From contig OZ245842.1 in NCBI GenBank assembly GCA_965228895.1, positions 1,760,001 to 1,824,000 on the forward strand: a stretch of 64,000 nucleotides of DNA, given 5' to 3'. The notes under the pieces are model-generated. The model had not been told where the DNA came from. It did not search any database and saw only the letters and a program-made list of their open reading frames with translations. The translations under genes and the position numbers were made by a program. Of the stretch, positions 19,309-28,690 are shown in pieces; positions within the stretch are counted from its first letter, which is position 1; each line of letters begins with the position of its first letter. Source of the DNA: Alphaproteobacteria bacterium. GTDB lineage: Bacteria; Pseudomonadota; Alphaproteobacteria; SP197.

Positions 19309-19682
19309 ACCGGCTTCCTGCGGCTGGCGTCGACGATCTGGACGCGCCAGCCGTCGGGATCGCGCAGGTTGATGTTGGTGCGTCCGGTCGAGGCGACGTC
19401 GTGGGGCGGCTCCTCGATTTTGATATCGGTCTTGGCCAGGTTGTCATAAGCGGCGTTCACGTCATCGGTGCGAAACGCGATGTGGTTGATACCGATGACC
19501 TCCTCGCCGCCGACTTCATGCAGTTCGAAGATCGGCTGGTTGTCGCCCGGCAGCTTCAGTTCGGCCGACTGGCCGTGGTGGCTGGTGCGGGTGATGACCT
19601 CGAACCCAAGCTTCTCCAGATAGGCGACATAAGCGTCGAGGTCGCGGACGATAATCTCGATATGGTCGATGGCGTTCAGCAT
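19305..19682 (-). CDS. VOC/glyoxalase family protein
   Basis: IDHIEIIV, GINHIAF and DPDGWRVQI; GGAGG RBS. Confidence 0.88.
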   Translation of the reverse strand: MLNAIDHIEIIVRDLDAYVAYLEKLGFEVITRTSHHGQSAELKLPGDNQPIFELHEVGGEEVIGINHIAFRTDDVNAAYDNLAKTDIKIEEPPHDVASTGRTNINLRDPDGWRVQIVDASRRKPV

Positions 19683-19701
19683 GGGCGTGCCTCCGATTTG
19701 C

Positions 19702-20376
19702 TTAGAGGTTGGGCATCAGGCCCGGCAGTTCGTCGAGACGGTCGATCAGCGCGTCGCCATCGAGTTCCTCAACGGGGATCGCCGTGTAGCCGTAGCGCAC
19801 GAGGACGGCGGGCATGTCGAAGGCGCGCGCCGCCGCGACATCGGCTTTGCTGTCGCCGACCATCAGCGCGTGGGTGCCGTCGACACCGAGCTCATCGAGA
19901 ACCGCGCCAAGGTGGCGGGGGTCCGGTTTCATGGCGCCGGTGGTGTCGCCGCCGACGACGGAGTCCATGTAGCGGGTCAGGCCGAAGTTTTCGGCGACCA
20001 CGTCGGTCGCCTCCTGGCGCTTGTTGGTGCAGATGCCGAGCTTCAGACCCTGCCCATGCAGCAGTTGGATCGTCTCCATGGCGCTCGGGTAGAGGCTGGA
20101 GAGTCGGGTGCTGCGCGGAACATAACAGGCGCGGAACCGCTCGACCGCCCAGTCGATGCCCTGTTCGGGATCGCCGCCGGTCATCTCCATGATCCTTTCC
20201 AGGAGGCCGGCCCAGCCCGACCCCACCATCTGGCGGATCGTTGCTTCGCTGACCGCGACCCGGCCCAGATCGGCCAGCACCATGTTGATGGCATCGGCAA
20301 TATCGGGCGCGCTGTCGATCAAGGTGCCGTCCAGATCAAAAACGACGGCGCGGAAGCGGTGGGGCGATGGCGGCAT
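19702..20376 (-). CDS. gph: Phosphoglycolate phosphatase (HAD superfamily)
   Basis: FDLDGTLIDS, CTNK, KPDP and MVGDSKAD; divergent from glmU, as is usual in alphaproteobacteria. Confidence 0.88.
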   Translation of the reverse strand: MPPSPHRFRAVVFDLDGTLIDSAPDIADAINMVLADLGRVAVSEATIRQMVGSGWAGLLERIMEMTGGDPEQGIDWAVERFRACYVPRSTRLSSLYPSAMETIQLLHGQGLKLGICTNKRQEATDVVAENFGLTRYMDSVVGGDTTGAMKPDPRHLGAVLDELGVDGTHALMVGDSKADVAAARAFDMPAVLVRYGYTAIPVEELDGDALIDRLDELPGLMPNL

Positions 20377-20407
20377 GAAAACTCTCAAGCAGGACGATGG
20401 GGCAACC

Positions 20408-20545
20408 TAGAGCGGATCGTGCTTGGGTGGAACCGGTTGACGGTTCCACCCAAGCACGTGAATCCGCTCCCTATCTATGCGTAGAGCCGATTCACCTGCC
20501 TTGATGTCATCGCGAAGCGATCTCATCAAAGCAGGATCTGCTCTA
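20408..20545. repeat. Two-hairpin intergenic palindromic repeat (CIR/Bru-RS-like)
   Basis: Begins TAGAGC and ends GCTCTA. Hairpin 1 is CGTGCTTGGGTGGAACCG/CGGTTCCACCCAAGCACG; a second hairpin is centred on ATCGCgaaGCGAT; two GANTC sites flank the centre. Confidence 0.8.
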
Positions 20546-20694
20546 TGGGGCCTCGGCGGTGTGTGCAACGACAGGTGTGGTGTGGCTGGAGACCCTGTAA
20601 AGGATTGAAAGACAACGTGACTTGGACCCTGGAAAAGCCCTGTGGCAGGGTCCGGGCCGTTCTAGAGTGCAGATGTGGGTTCCCCTGTTACGCC

Positions 20695-22083
20695 ATGACT
20701 GAGGATTTGGTTCTTCCAGCCGTTGCCGCCGTCGTCTTGGGCGCCGGCCTGGGCACGCGCATGAAATCGGACCTGCCCAAGGTCATGCACCCGATCGCCG
20801 GGCGCCCCATGGTCAACTATGTCCTGGAGGCCGTGGGCGCGCTTGATCCCGAACGCACCATCGTCGTCGTCGGCCCGGACATGGACCAGCTTGCCGCCGC
20901 GGTGGCGCCGGCCCTCACCGCGGTCCAGGACGAACCTCTGGGTACCGGTCACGCGGTGATGGCGGCGCGTGGCGCGCTTGAGGGGTTCCCGTCAGGCGAG
21001 GGGCCGGCGGACGTCCTGATCCTGTTCGGCGATGCCGCCATGATTGAGCCTGACACCATCCATGGCCTGATCGCCGCCAGGCGCGAGGCCGGGGCGGCGG
21101 TGGCCGTGCTGGGTGTCAGCGTGACCACGGACAACCGCTATGGCCGCCTGGACCTGGCTGACGACGGCAGTCTGGCGCGCATCGTCGAGTTCCGGGACGC
21201 CTCCGAGGCACTGCGTCAGTCCAAGCTCTGCAACTCCGGCATGATGTCGGTCGATGCCGCACTGCTGCCGGGCCTGCTCGACCGCATCGGCAACGACAAC
21301 GCCAAGGGCGAATACTATCTGACCGACATTGTGGGTCTGGCACGCGCCGACGGTCACCGCTGCGTCGTCCTGGAGACGAATGATCCTGAAGATCTGATCG
21401 GCGCTGATGACCGGGCGGACCTCGCCCGTTTCGAAGCAGCGATGCAAAAACGGCTGCGGGGGCGAGCCATGGTGAACGGTGTTCACCTGATTGCACCTGA
21501 GACAGTTTTTCTTAGTTACGACACAATTTTAGATCATGATGTGAAGGTGGAACCTCATGTCGTGTTTGGCCCTGCGGTTAAGGTGGGCGCGGGCGTCGTC
21601 ATCAAGAGTTTCTGTCACCTGGAAGGCGCGGTCGTCGCACCCGGCGCGCGGGTCGGGCCATACGCACGGCTGAGGCCCGGCGCCGAGATCGGCGAGGGCG
21701 CCCATATCGGCAACTTCGTCGAGATCAAGAACACTGTCTTCGAGGAGGGCGCCAAAGCCAATCATTTGGCCTATGTCGGAGACGCGCATGTGGGCGCGGG
21801 CGCCAATGTCGGGGCCGGCACGATCACCTGCAACTACGACGGCTACCTGAAACATCTGACCGAGATCGGCGCCGGCGCCTTCATCGGCTCCAACTCTGCG
21901 TTGGTCGCGCCGGTCAAGGTCGGCGAGGGCGCGATTGTCGGCGCGGGCAGCACGATCACCCGCGACGTCGCCGACGACGCGCTCTCCATCACCCGGCCCG
22001 AGCAGGTGACCCGCGAAGGCTTTGCCTCGCTCTATCGCGAACACAAGGCCGCCGAAAAGGCGCGCCGCAAGAAGAAGGGATAA
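20695..22083 (+). CDS. glmU: Bifunctional UDP-GlcNAc pyrophosphorylase/GlcN-1-P acetyltransferase
   Basis: LGAGLGTRMKSDLPKVMH, LGTGHAV, GEYYLTD, GPYARLRPG, GNFVEIK and GAGTITCNYDG. Confidence 0.97.
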   Translation: MTEDLVLPAVAAVVLGAGLGTRMKSDLPKVMHPIAGRPMVNYVLEAVGALDPERTIVVVGPDMDQLAAAVAPALTAVQDEPLGTGHAVMAARGALEGFPSGEGPADVLILFGDAAMIEPDTIHGLIAARREAGAAVAVLGVSVTTDNRYGRLDLADDGSLARIVEFRDASEALRQSKLCNSGMMSVDAALLPGLLDRIGNDNAKGEYYLTDIVGLARADGHRCVVLETNDPEDLIGADDRADLARFEAAMQKRLRGRAMVNGVHLIAPETVFLSYDTILDHDVKVEPHVVFGPAVKVGAGVVIKSFCHLEGAVVAPGARVGPYARLRPGAEIGEGAHIGNFVEIKNTVFEEGAKANHLAYVGDAHVGAGANVGAGTITCNYDGYLKHLTEIGAGAFIGSNSALVAPVKVGEGAIVGAGSTITRDVADDALSITRPEQVTREGFASLYREHKAAEKARRKKKG

Positions 22084-22089
22084 CCGGCT

Positions 22090-23913
22090 ATGTGCGGCAT
22101 TATCGGTATCATCGGCACACGCGAAGCAGCGCCCATTCTGGTCGACGGCCTGAAGCGGCTGGAATACCGGGGCTACGACTCCGCCGGCATCGCGACCCTG
22201 GTGAACAGCCATATCGAGGGTTGCCGCGCGCCCGGCAAACTCGCCAACCTCGAAGCCAAACTGCTGGTCGATCCGTTGCCCGGCACCGTCGGCATCGGCC
22301 ACACCCGCTGGGCAACCCACGGCGAACCGACGGAAACCAACGCGCATCCGCATAGGACCGAGCAGGTCGCGGTCGTCCATAACGGCATCATCGAGAACTT
22401 CCGCGAACTGCGCGATGAGTTGATCGCCGCCGGCCGGAACTTCCAAAGCGACACGGATACGGAAGTCGTGCCCCAGCTCATCACCCATCTGATGCAGCAG
22501 GGCCACACGGTGCGTGAAGCGGTCGCCGAGGCCCTGCCACGCTTGCGTGGCGCCTTTGCGCTTGGCATCCTGGTCGCCGGCGAGGATCAGATCATGATTG
22601 GCGCGCGACGCGGCAGCCCGCTCGCGGTGGGCTGGGGCGACGGCGAGATGTTCCTGGCGTCCGACGCCCTGGCGCTCGCGCCCTATACCCAGCGCGTCTC
22701 GTACCTGGAGGATGATGACTGGGTTGAGGTGACCAGGGATGGCGCCACCGTCTTTGACGCCAGTGACAACGAGGTCGAGCGGCCGGTGATCGTGACGCAG
22801 TTGTCGGGTGCTGCGATCGGCAAGGGCAACTACCGCCATTTCATGGCCAAGGAGATCCACGAGCAGCCGGAGGTCGTTGGCCAGACACTGCACGCCTATT
22901 ACGACGCGCTGAACGACCGCGCGGAGTTCCCTGGCTTGGATATCGACCTGTTCGACGTGCCGAAGATCACCCTGGTCGCCTGCGGCACCGCTTCGCTTGC
23001 GGCGCTGACGGCAAAGTACTGGCTCGAAGGCCTGGCCCGCGTGCCCGTCGAGGTCGATGTCGCCTCGGAGTTCCGCTACCGCCAGGCGCCGATGCCCAAG
23101 GGCGGTATGGCGCTTTTTGTGTCGCAGTCCGGCGAGACCGCCGACACACTGGCCGCGCTACGTTATGCGCGCGAGCAGAACCAGTACATCGTGACGCTGA
23201 CCAACACACCGACCAGCACCATGGCGCGCGAGTCCGACCATGTTCTGTTGACCCGCGCCGGACCGGAAATCGGCGTTGCCGCGACCAAGACCTTCACCTG
23301 TCAGCTCGTTGTCCTCGCAACGCTCGCCGTCGCCGCCGCCGAGGCGCGCGGCACGATCGACCGGGGTGAGGCGGCCAAGAAGCTCGCTGCGCTCGGCGAC
23401 CTTCCGTCGGCCATGAGCGAGGTGTTGCGTCATGAAGACGCCATCAAGGATGTCGCTCGGGCTCTCAACGAGGCGCGCGACGTGCTCTATCTGGGTCGCG
23501 GTCCAAGCTACCCGATTGCGCTTGAAGGTGCGCTGAAGCTCAAGGAGATCTCGTACATCCACGCCGAAGGCTATGCGTCGGGCGAGATGAAGCATGGACC
23601 GATCGCCCTGATTGACGAGCATGTGCCGGTGATCGTCATCGCGCCCTCCGACGAACTCTTCGACAAGAGCGTCTCGAACCTTGAGGAGGTGGCGGCACGC
23701 AAGGGACGGATCATCCTGATCACCGACGAGGCCGGCGCGAAGGCGGCCGGCGGTTCCGCCGAACATGTGATCACCGTGCCCCAGGTCGACCCTCTGGCAT
23801 CACCGCTGGTGACCTGCTTGCCCGTGCAGTTGCTGTCCTATCACGCGGCCGTTCTGCGCGGCACCGATGTCGATCAGCCGCGTAACCTCGCCAAGAGCGT
23901 CACGGTCGAATAG
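22090..23913 (+). CDS. glmS: Glutamine--fructose-6-phosphate aminotransferase
   Basis: MCGIIG, LEYRGYDSAG, GHTRWATHG, SQSGETADT and PRNLAKSVTVE. Confidence 0.98.
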   Translation: MCGIIGIIGTREAAPILVDGLKRLEYRGYDSAGIATLVNSHIEGCRAPGKLANLEAKLLVDPLPGTVGIGHTRWATHGEPTETNAHPHRTEQVAVVHNGIIENFRELRDELIAAGRNFQSDTDTEVVPQLITHLMQQGHTVREAVAEALPRLRGAFALGILVAGEDQIMIGARRGSPLAVGWGDGEMFLASDALALAPYTQRVSYLEDDDWVEVTRDGATVFDASDNEVERPVIVTQLSGAAIGKGNYRHFMAKEIHEQPEVVGQTLHAYYDALNDRAEFPGLDIDLFDVPKITLVACGTASLAALTAKYWLEGLARVPVEVDVASEFRYRQAPMPKGGMALFVSQSGETADTLAALRYAREQNQYIVTLTNTPTSTMARESDHVLLTRAGPEIGVAATKTFTCQLVVLATLAVAAAEARGTIDRGEAAKKLAALGDLPSAMSEVLRHEDAIKDVARALNEARDVLYLGRGPSYPIALEGALKLKEISYIHAEGYASGEMKHGPIALIDEHVPVIVIAPSDELFDKSVSNLEEVAARKGRIILITDEAGAKAAGGSAEHVITVPQVDPLASPLVTCLPVQLLSYHAAVLRGTDVDQPRNLAKSVTVE

Positions 23914-23922
23914 GGCCCTAAG

Positions 23923-24435
23923 CTAGCAGCCCGATTGGTCGCGGCTGCCATCCGGCATCACCGTCTGACAGAGAATGGCGCCGGCCAACGCGCCGGCGTC
24001 AAGCGTTGCGCCCTTCAGTTCGGCGAAGCTCAGGTCGGCGCCTTCCAGGTTGACGCCGCTCAGATTGGCGTCGTTCAGGATTGTCCCTTCCATGCCCGCG
24101 AAGGTCATATCGGCACCGGTAAGATTGGCGCCGGTCATGTCGGCGCCACCGACGTTGGCGTTCGCGAGATCGGCGTTGGAGAGGTCGGCGCCCACCAGGT
24201 TGGTGTAGATCAGATCGGCGCCGGTGAAGTCGGTCGCCCGCAAGTTGGCCTGGGCCAGGTCGGCGCCAGGCAGGTAGGCGCCGGTCAGGTTCTCGCCGCT
24301 CAGGTCGACGCCAGTCAGGTCACATTTCTTGCACTTACCCTCGCTCAACAGCAGGCGCTCGTCACCAATATCGTAACCAAACGCCGGTGCGGCCGCAAAG
24401 CCGATCACCACCCAAACCGCCAGAAGAAGTCGCAT
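23923..24435 (-). CDS. Exported pentapeptide-repeat protein
   Basis: Signal peptide, CKKCDL, tandem A(D/N)LxG pentapeptides and C-terminal LCQTVMPDG. Confidence 0.88.
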   Translation of the reverse strand: MRLLLAVWVVIGFAAAPAFGYDIGDERLLLSEGKCKKCDLTGVDLSGENLTGAYLPGADLAQANLRATDFTGADLIYTNLVGADLSNADLANANVGGADMTGANLTGADMTFAGMEGTILNDANLSGVNLEGADLSFAELKGATLDAGALAGAILCQTVMPDGSRDQSGC

Positions 24436-24762
24436 TGGTACCCTCGGAGATGGTTGTTGCCGGTAAACCGGCAGCGTTGGCCTTCACGTGCTACGCCAAG
24501 CGCCGGTGTCCTCCCCATGGGCGCAAGGCTAAACGACCCCTCACGATTTCGCCACAGTTGGCAATGATTCAGAAATCAACGTGATTTCAACTGGTTACGC
24601 GAATGGGGATGACACGGTTATCTGATTGAGGTTGCGCCGTGACCTCGCTCGGGCGCAAAGCCATCTCATCAATTCACAAGGCCGGGCAACCTTGCCTATA
24701 GTGCCGCCGACCGCCACATCACTACGGAAGCGGCCGTTCGTGCCGCGCCAAGGAGGATTTCC

Positions 24763-26220
24763 ATGCAACTCAGCGACCCCACCCTGTTCCGCCAGCAGTG
24801 CTATATCGACGGCGCGTGGTGTGACGCCGATTCGGGCGAGACCATCGATGTGCGCAACCCGGCCAATGGCGAGACGCTGGGCACGATCCCGCGCATGGGC
24901 GCGGCCGAAACGCGCCGCGCGATCGAGGCGGCCGAGAAGGCCATGGTCGACTGGCGCGCCAAGACGGCCAAGGAACGCGCGGGCATCCTGCGCAAGTGGT
25001 TCGACCTGATGATGGAAAATCAGGAAGATCTGGCCGTCATGATGACCATGGAGCAGGGCAAGCCGCTTGCCGAGGCGCGCGGCGAGATCGCTTATGCCGC
25101 CTCGTTCATCGAGTGGTTCGCCGAGGAAGGCAAGCGCATCTATGGCGAAACCATCCCGACCCACATGTCCGACCGGCGGATCGTGGTTCTCAAAGAGCCG
25201 ATCGGTGTTGTCGGCGCGATTACGCCGTGGAACTTCCCGTCGGCCATGATCACCCGCAAGGCCGGCCCGGCGCTTGCCGCGGGCTGCACATTTGTCGGAA
25301 AGCCCGCGACCGAGACACCGTATTCGGCCTTTGCGCTGTGCGAGCTGGCCGAGCGTGCCGGTATTCCCAAGGGTGTGATCAACATTCTGTCCGGCAAGTC
25401 GAGCGAGATCGGCGAGGAGCTGACCAAGAACCCGATCGTTCGCAAGATCACCTTCACCGGCTCGACCTCGATCGGCAAGAAACTGATGGAGCAGGCCTCG
25501 TCGACCGTCAAAAAGGTCACCATGGAACTCGGCGGCAACGCGCCGTTCATTGTTTTCGAAGATGCCGACATGGAGGCTGCGGTCGAGAATGCGATCGCGT
25601 GCAAGTTCCGCAACATGGGCCAGACCTGCGTTTGCGCCAACCGCATCTATGTGCAGTCGGGCGTCTACGACGAGTTTGCCGAGAAGTTCGCCGATAAGGT
25701 CAAGACCATGAAGGTCGGCAACGGCCTGGACGATGGGGTCGTGCAGGGCCCGTTGATCAATTCGGCGGCGATCGACAAGGTCGAGGAGCATCTGGACGAC
25801 GCCACCGGAAAGGGCGCGCGCGTCTTGACCGGCGGCAAACGGCACGAACTCGGCGGCACGTTCTATGAGCCGACCGTGGTCGCTGACGTCGACACGCAGA
25901 TGATGGTGGCGCGCGACGAAACCTTCGGGCCCCTGGCGCCGCTGTTCCGCTTCGAGACGGAAGACGAGGCGATCCAGCTCGCCAACGACACAGAGTTTGG
26001 CCTGGCGTCTTACTTCTTCAGCCGCGACATGGGCCGTATCTGGCGGGTCTCCGAAGGCCTTGAGTACGGCATCGTCGGCGTCAACACCGGCATCATTTCG
26101 ACCGAGGTCGCACCGTTCGGCGGCGTCAAGGAATCGGGCATCGGACGCGAAGGCAGCCATATTGGGATCGAGGAGTATGTCGAGACCAAGTATGTTTGCA
26201 TGGCGGGCGTGAACGGCTGA
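24763..26220 (+). CDS. gabD: NAD(P)-dependent succinate-semialdehyde dehydrogenase
   Basis: ITPWNFPSAMITRK, FTGST, MELGGNAP, GQTCVCAN, ETFGP and PFGGVKESG; AGGAGG RBS. Confidence 0.95.
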   Translation: MQLSDPTLFRQQCYIDGAWCDADSGETIDVRNPANGETLGTIPRMGAAETRRAIEAAEKAMVDWRAKTAKERAGILRKWFDLMMENQEDLAVMMTMEQGKPLAEARGEIAYAASFIEWFAEEGKRIYGETIPTHMSDRRIVVLKEPIGVVGAITPWNFPSAMITRKAGPALAAGCTFVGKPATETPYSAFALCELAERAGIPKGVINILSGKSSEIGEELTKNPIVRKITFTGSTSIGKKLMEQASSTVKKVTMELGGNAPFIVFEDADMEAAVENAIACKFRNMGQTCVCANRIYVQSGVYDEFAEKFADKVKTMKVGNGLDDGVVQGPLINSAAIDKVEEHLDDATGKGARVLTGGKRHELGGTFYEPTVVADVDTQMMVARDETFGPLAPLFRFETEDEAIQLANDTEFGLASYFFSRDMGRIWRVSEGLEYGIVGVNTGIISTEVAPFGGVKESGIGREGSHIGIEEYVETKYVCMAGVNG

Positions 26221-26246
26221 CCGATACGACAACCCATAACCCGACG

Positions 26247-27215
26247 GTGTCGGCGGCTGAGAGCGCCGGCGCCGTCGCGGTCGCCGACCCAGATGTCGTC
26301 GGGGTCGAGGACCTGGTTTTCGATTACCCGACCCAGCGCGCGCTCTACGGCGTCTCGTTTGAGGTGACCAAAGGCAGCGTGACGGCGCTGGTCGGGCCCA
26401 ATGGCGCTGGCAAGACGACGCTGATGCGGTGTATGGCCGCACTCGAGACGCCGTTCACGGGGCGCGTCACGATTGGCGGCGAGGACGTCCATGAGGATCC
26501 CCGCGCCAGCCACCGGCATATCGGTTATCTCTCCGACTTTTTCGGCCTCTATGACGATCTGACCGTCAGCCAGTGTCTTCGTCACGCCGCTGCCATGCAC
26601 GGCTTGAGCCGGGCCGAGGAACGTGCGGCGGTCGACCGGGCCGTTGATCTGCTGGACCTCAAGGATCTCGCCGCAAAAAAGGCCGGCGAAATGTCGCGCG
26701 GCCAGCGCCAGCGCCTGGGTATCGCGCAGGCGATCATTCATGATCCGCCGATGGTGCTGTTGGACGAGCCGGCCTCGGGCCTCGATCCGCTTGCGCGCCA
26801 GTCCTTGTCGGCGCTGTTGTTGCGACTGCGCGAGCGCGGCATGACACTGATCGTCTCGTCGCACATCCTGGCCGAGCTCGAAGACTATTCGAGCCACGCC
26901 TTGGTCCTTGACCAAGGTCGCCTGGTCGACCACCGGGCGCTGACCGGCGAAACCAGCCATGTGCGCCTTCGCCTGGATGTCGTCGAAAGCAACAATGCGC
27001 TCGTGGCCTTTCTGAAGGCGCGCAGCGGTATTGACGAGCTGGTTCTGGATGACGGCGGCGCGACGTTTCGCGCCTTGCGTGACGTCGGATTCCGCCGTGA
27101 TCTGCTGCGCGACCTCATCGGCGTCGGCGTGCCGGTCATTGGCCTTAGGGAAGAGGCGCTCGGCCTGCGTGAGCTCTATCGCGAGGTCGCATCGGGCAAG
27201 GAAGCGGGCTCATGA
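26247..27215 (+). CDS. ABC transporter ATP-binding protein (ABC-2/export type)
   Basis: GPNGAGKTT, MSRGQRQR, LLDEPASGLDP and SSH; start uncertain (GTG 26247 chosen). Confidence 0.9.
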   Translation: MSAAESAGAVAVADPDVVGVEDLVFDYPTQRALYGVSFEVTKGSVTALVGPNGAGKTTLMRCMAALETPFTGRVTIGGEDVHEDPRASHRHIGYLSDFFGLYDDLTVSQCLRHAAAMHGLSRAEERAAVDRAVDLLDLKDLAAKKAGEMSRGQRQRLGIAQAIIHDPPMVLLDEPASGLDPLARQSLSALLLRLRERGMTLIVSSHILAELEDYSSHALVLDQGRLVDHRALTGETSHVRLRLDVVESNNALVAFLKARSGIDELVLDDGGATFRALRDVGFRRDLLRDLIGVGVPVIGLREEALGLRELYREVASGKEAGS

Positions 27216-28690
27216 GGCTCAATCCGGAGTTTCGCCGCTATATGTGGATGGAGCTGTCGCCATTCCGCGTCATCGGCATGCCGGTGGTACTGGGCGGCAT
27301 CTTCCTGTTGGCCGGTATCGCGACGCACGAAAGCGGTGAGCCCGCCGGCGGAACCGACATGTACGAAACCCTTGTCGGCACCGCCATTGTCGCGGCCATC
27401 TTGATCACGCTCTTTTGGAGCACACGCCTTGCGGCCAGCGCCCTGGTCCAGGAGGTCGCCGACAAGACATGGGACGCGCAGCGCCTGTCGTCACTCGGTC
27501 CCTGGGGCATGACCTGGGGCAAGCTGCTCGGCAGTACCGTCTATGCCTGGTACGGGACTGCCCTCGCACTTGCCGTCATGGCCGTCTCGTTCGCCATGTG
27601 GGACAGCATCAACGGTGGCGTCGCGCGCGCCTTCGGCACCGATGTCGGTGTTGTCATCGTGCAGTCGATCATCGGTGTGGTCGCCTTTGGCGTCATGGTG
27701 CAGGCGACCGCGCTCGTCGCCGCCTTAACCGCCATGCATCAGCGTGAGACGACGCGTCGTTTTGACGTCAGTCTCGCCCAATTCGCCGCGCTGGTCGTCG
27801 CGATCGTCGTGTCGTCCATGTTGGACCGCTATATCGACGGACCCGCAGTCTGGTACGGCCAGGCCGTCGATGGCCGCTGGTTTGCCGTGGTCAGCGTCGT
27901 CGTGTTCGCGCTGTGGGCTGTGATCGGCGTGTGGCGGCGTATGCAGATTGAACTTCAGGTCCGCACCTTGCCCTGGGTGTGGCCGGTCTTTGTGATTTTC
28001 GTCGCCGCATGGATGACCGGCCTTGCATGGCCGGAGCGTATCACCGGCACCTATCGCTATGTCTTCCCGATTGTCTTCGGCGCCGTCATCATCATCTTTG
28101 CGAGTTATGTGCCCGCACTCTTCGAACGGCTTGATCCCGTCCGCATCCGTCACCTGCTGGCGTCGATGCGAGCCGGCCGGTTTGCCAGCGTGCTGGCCGA
28201 TGCGCCGTTGTGGTTGATCAACCATGGGGTCGCGCTGATCGCCGTCGCCGCGACGACGGTCTACATCGTGACGCTGCCGAACGAGGATGCCGCGGCCACG
28301 GAATTCCAGATGTGGGTCAGCGACGGCACGACCATGGCGACGGTGGCCGGCACACTCATCGCGCTCTTCCTGTTCGTGACACGCGATCTACTGCTCTTGA
28401 CCTATGCCTATTTGGGACAGACGACACGGCGCGCGGTCGCGGGCTGGCTAATTTGGCTTGCGGTGCTTTACTTGCTGATTCCGGCCATTCTGTCGGGGCT
28501 CGGCATGTTCTCGCTGTTGCCGGTCTTCGTGCCGATCTGGGATGTGCCGTTCGTCGATTTCGCCGTGCCGCCGGTCGTCTGGCCGTTGATCCACATCGCG
28601 GTCGTCGCCGTCCTGCTCACCTTGCGCTGGCGGCGTTTCAGCAGCGACCGTATTACCGCACAACCAGGGACAGCAGGTCAGGCGTCGTAA
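27212..28690 (+). CDS. Multi-pass membrane protein, probable ABC permease
   Basis: ATGA overlap with the ATPase; NPEFRR N-terminus, EVADKTWD...GKLLG and about 12 hydrophobic segments. Confidence 0.78.
   Translation: MRLNPEFRRYMWMELSPFRVIGMPVVLGGIFLLAGIATHESGEPAGGTDMYETLVGTAIVAAILITLFWSTRLAASALVQEVADKTWDAQRLSSLGPWGMTWGKLLGSTVYAWYGTALALAVMAVSFAMWDSINGGVARAFGTDVGVVIVQSIIGVVAFGVMVQATALVAALTAMHQRETTRRFDVSLAQFAALVVAIVVSSMLDRYIDGPAVWYGQAVDGRWFAVVSVVVFALWAVIGVWRRMQIELQVRTLPWVWPVFVIFVAAWMTGLAWPERITGTYRYVFPIVFGAVIIIFASYVPALFERLDPVRIRHLLASMRAGRFASVLADAPLWLINHGVALIAVAATTVYIVTLPNEDAAATEFQMWVSDGTTMATVAGTLIALFLFVTRDLLLLTYAYLGQTTRRAVAGWLIWLAVLYLLIPAILSGLGMFSLLPVFVPIWDVPFVDFAVPPVVWPLIHIAVVAVLLTLRWRRFSSDRITAQPGTAGQAS

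Noticed and set aside
23990-24320. 15-bp periodicity in the DNA
   Set aside because: It is fully explained by the pentapeptide-repeat protein.
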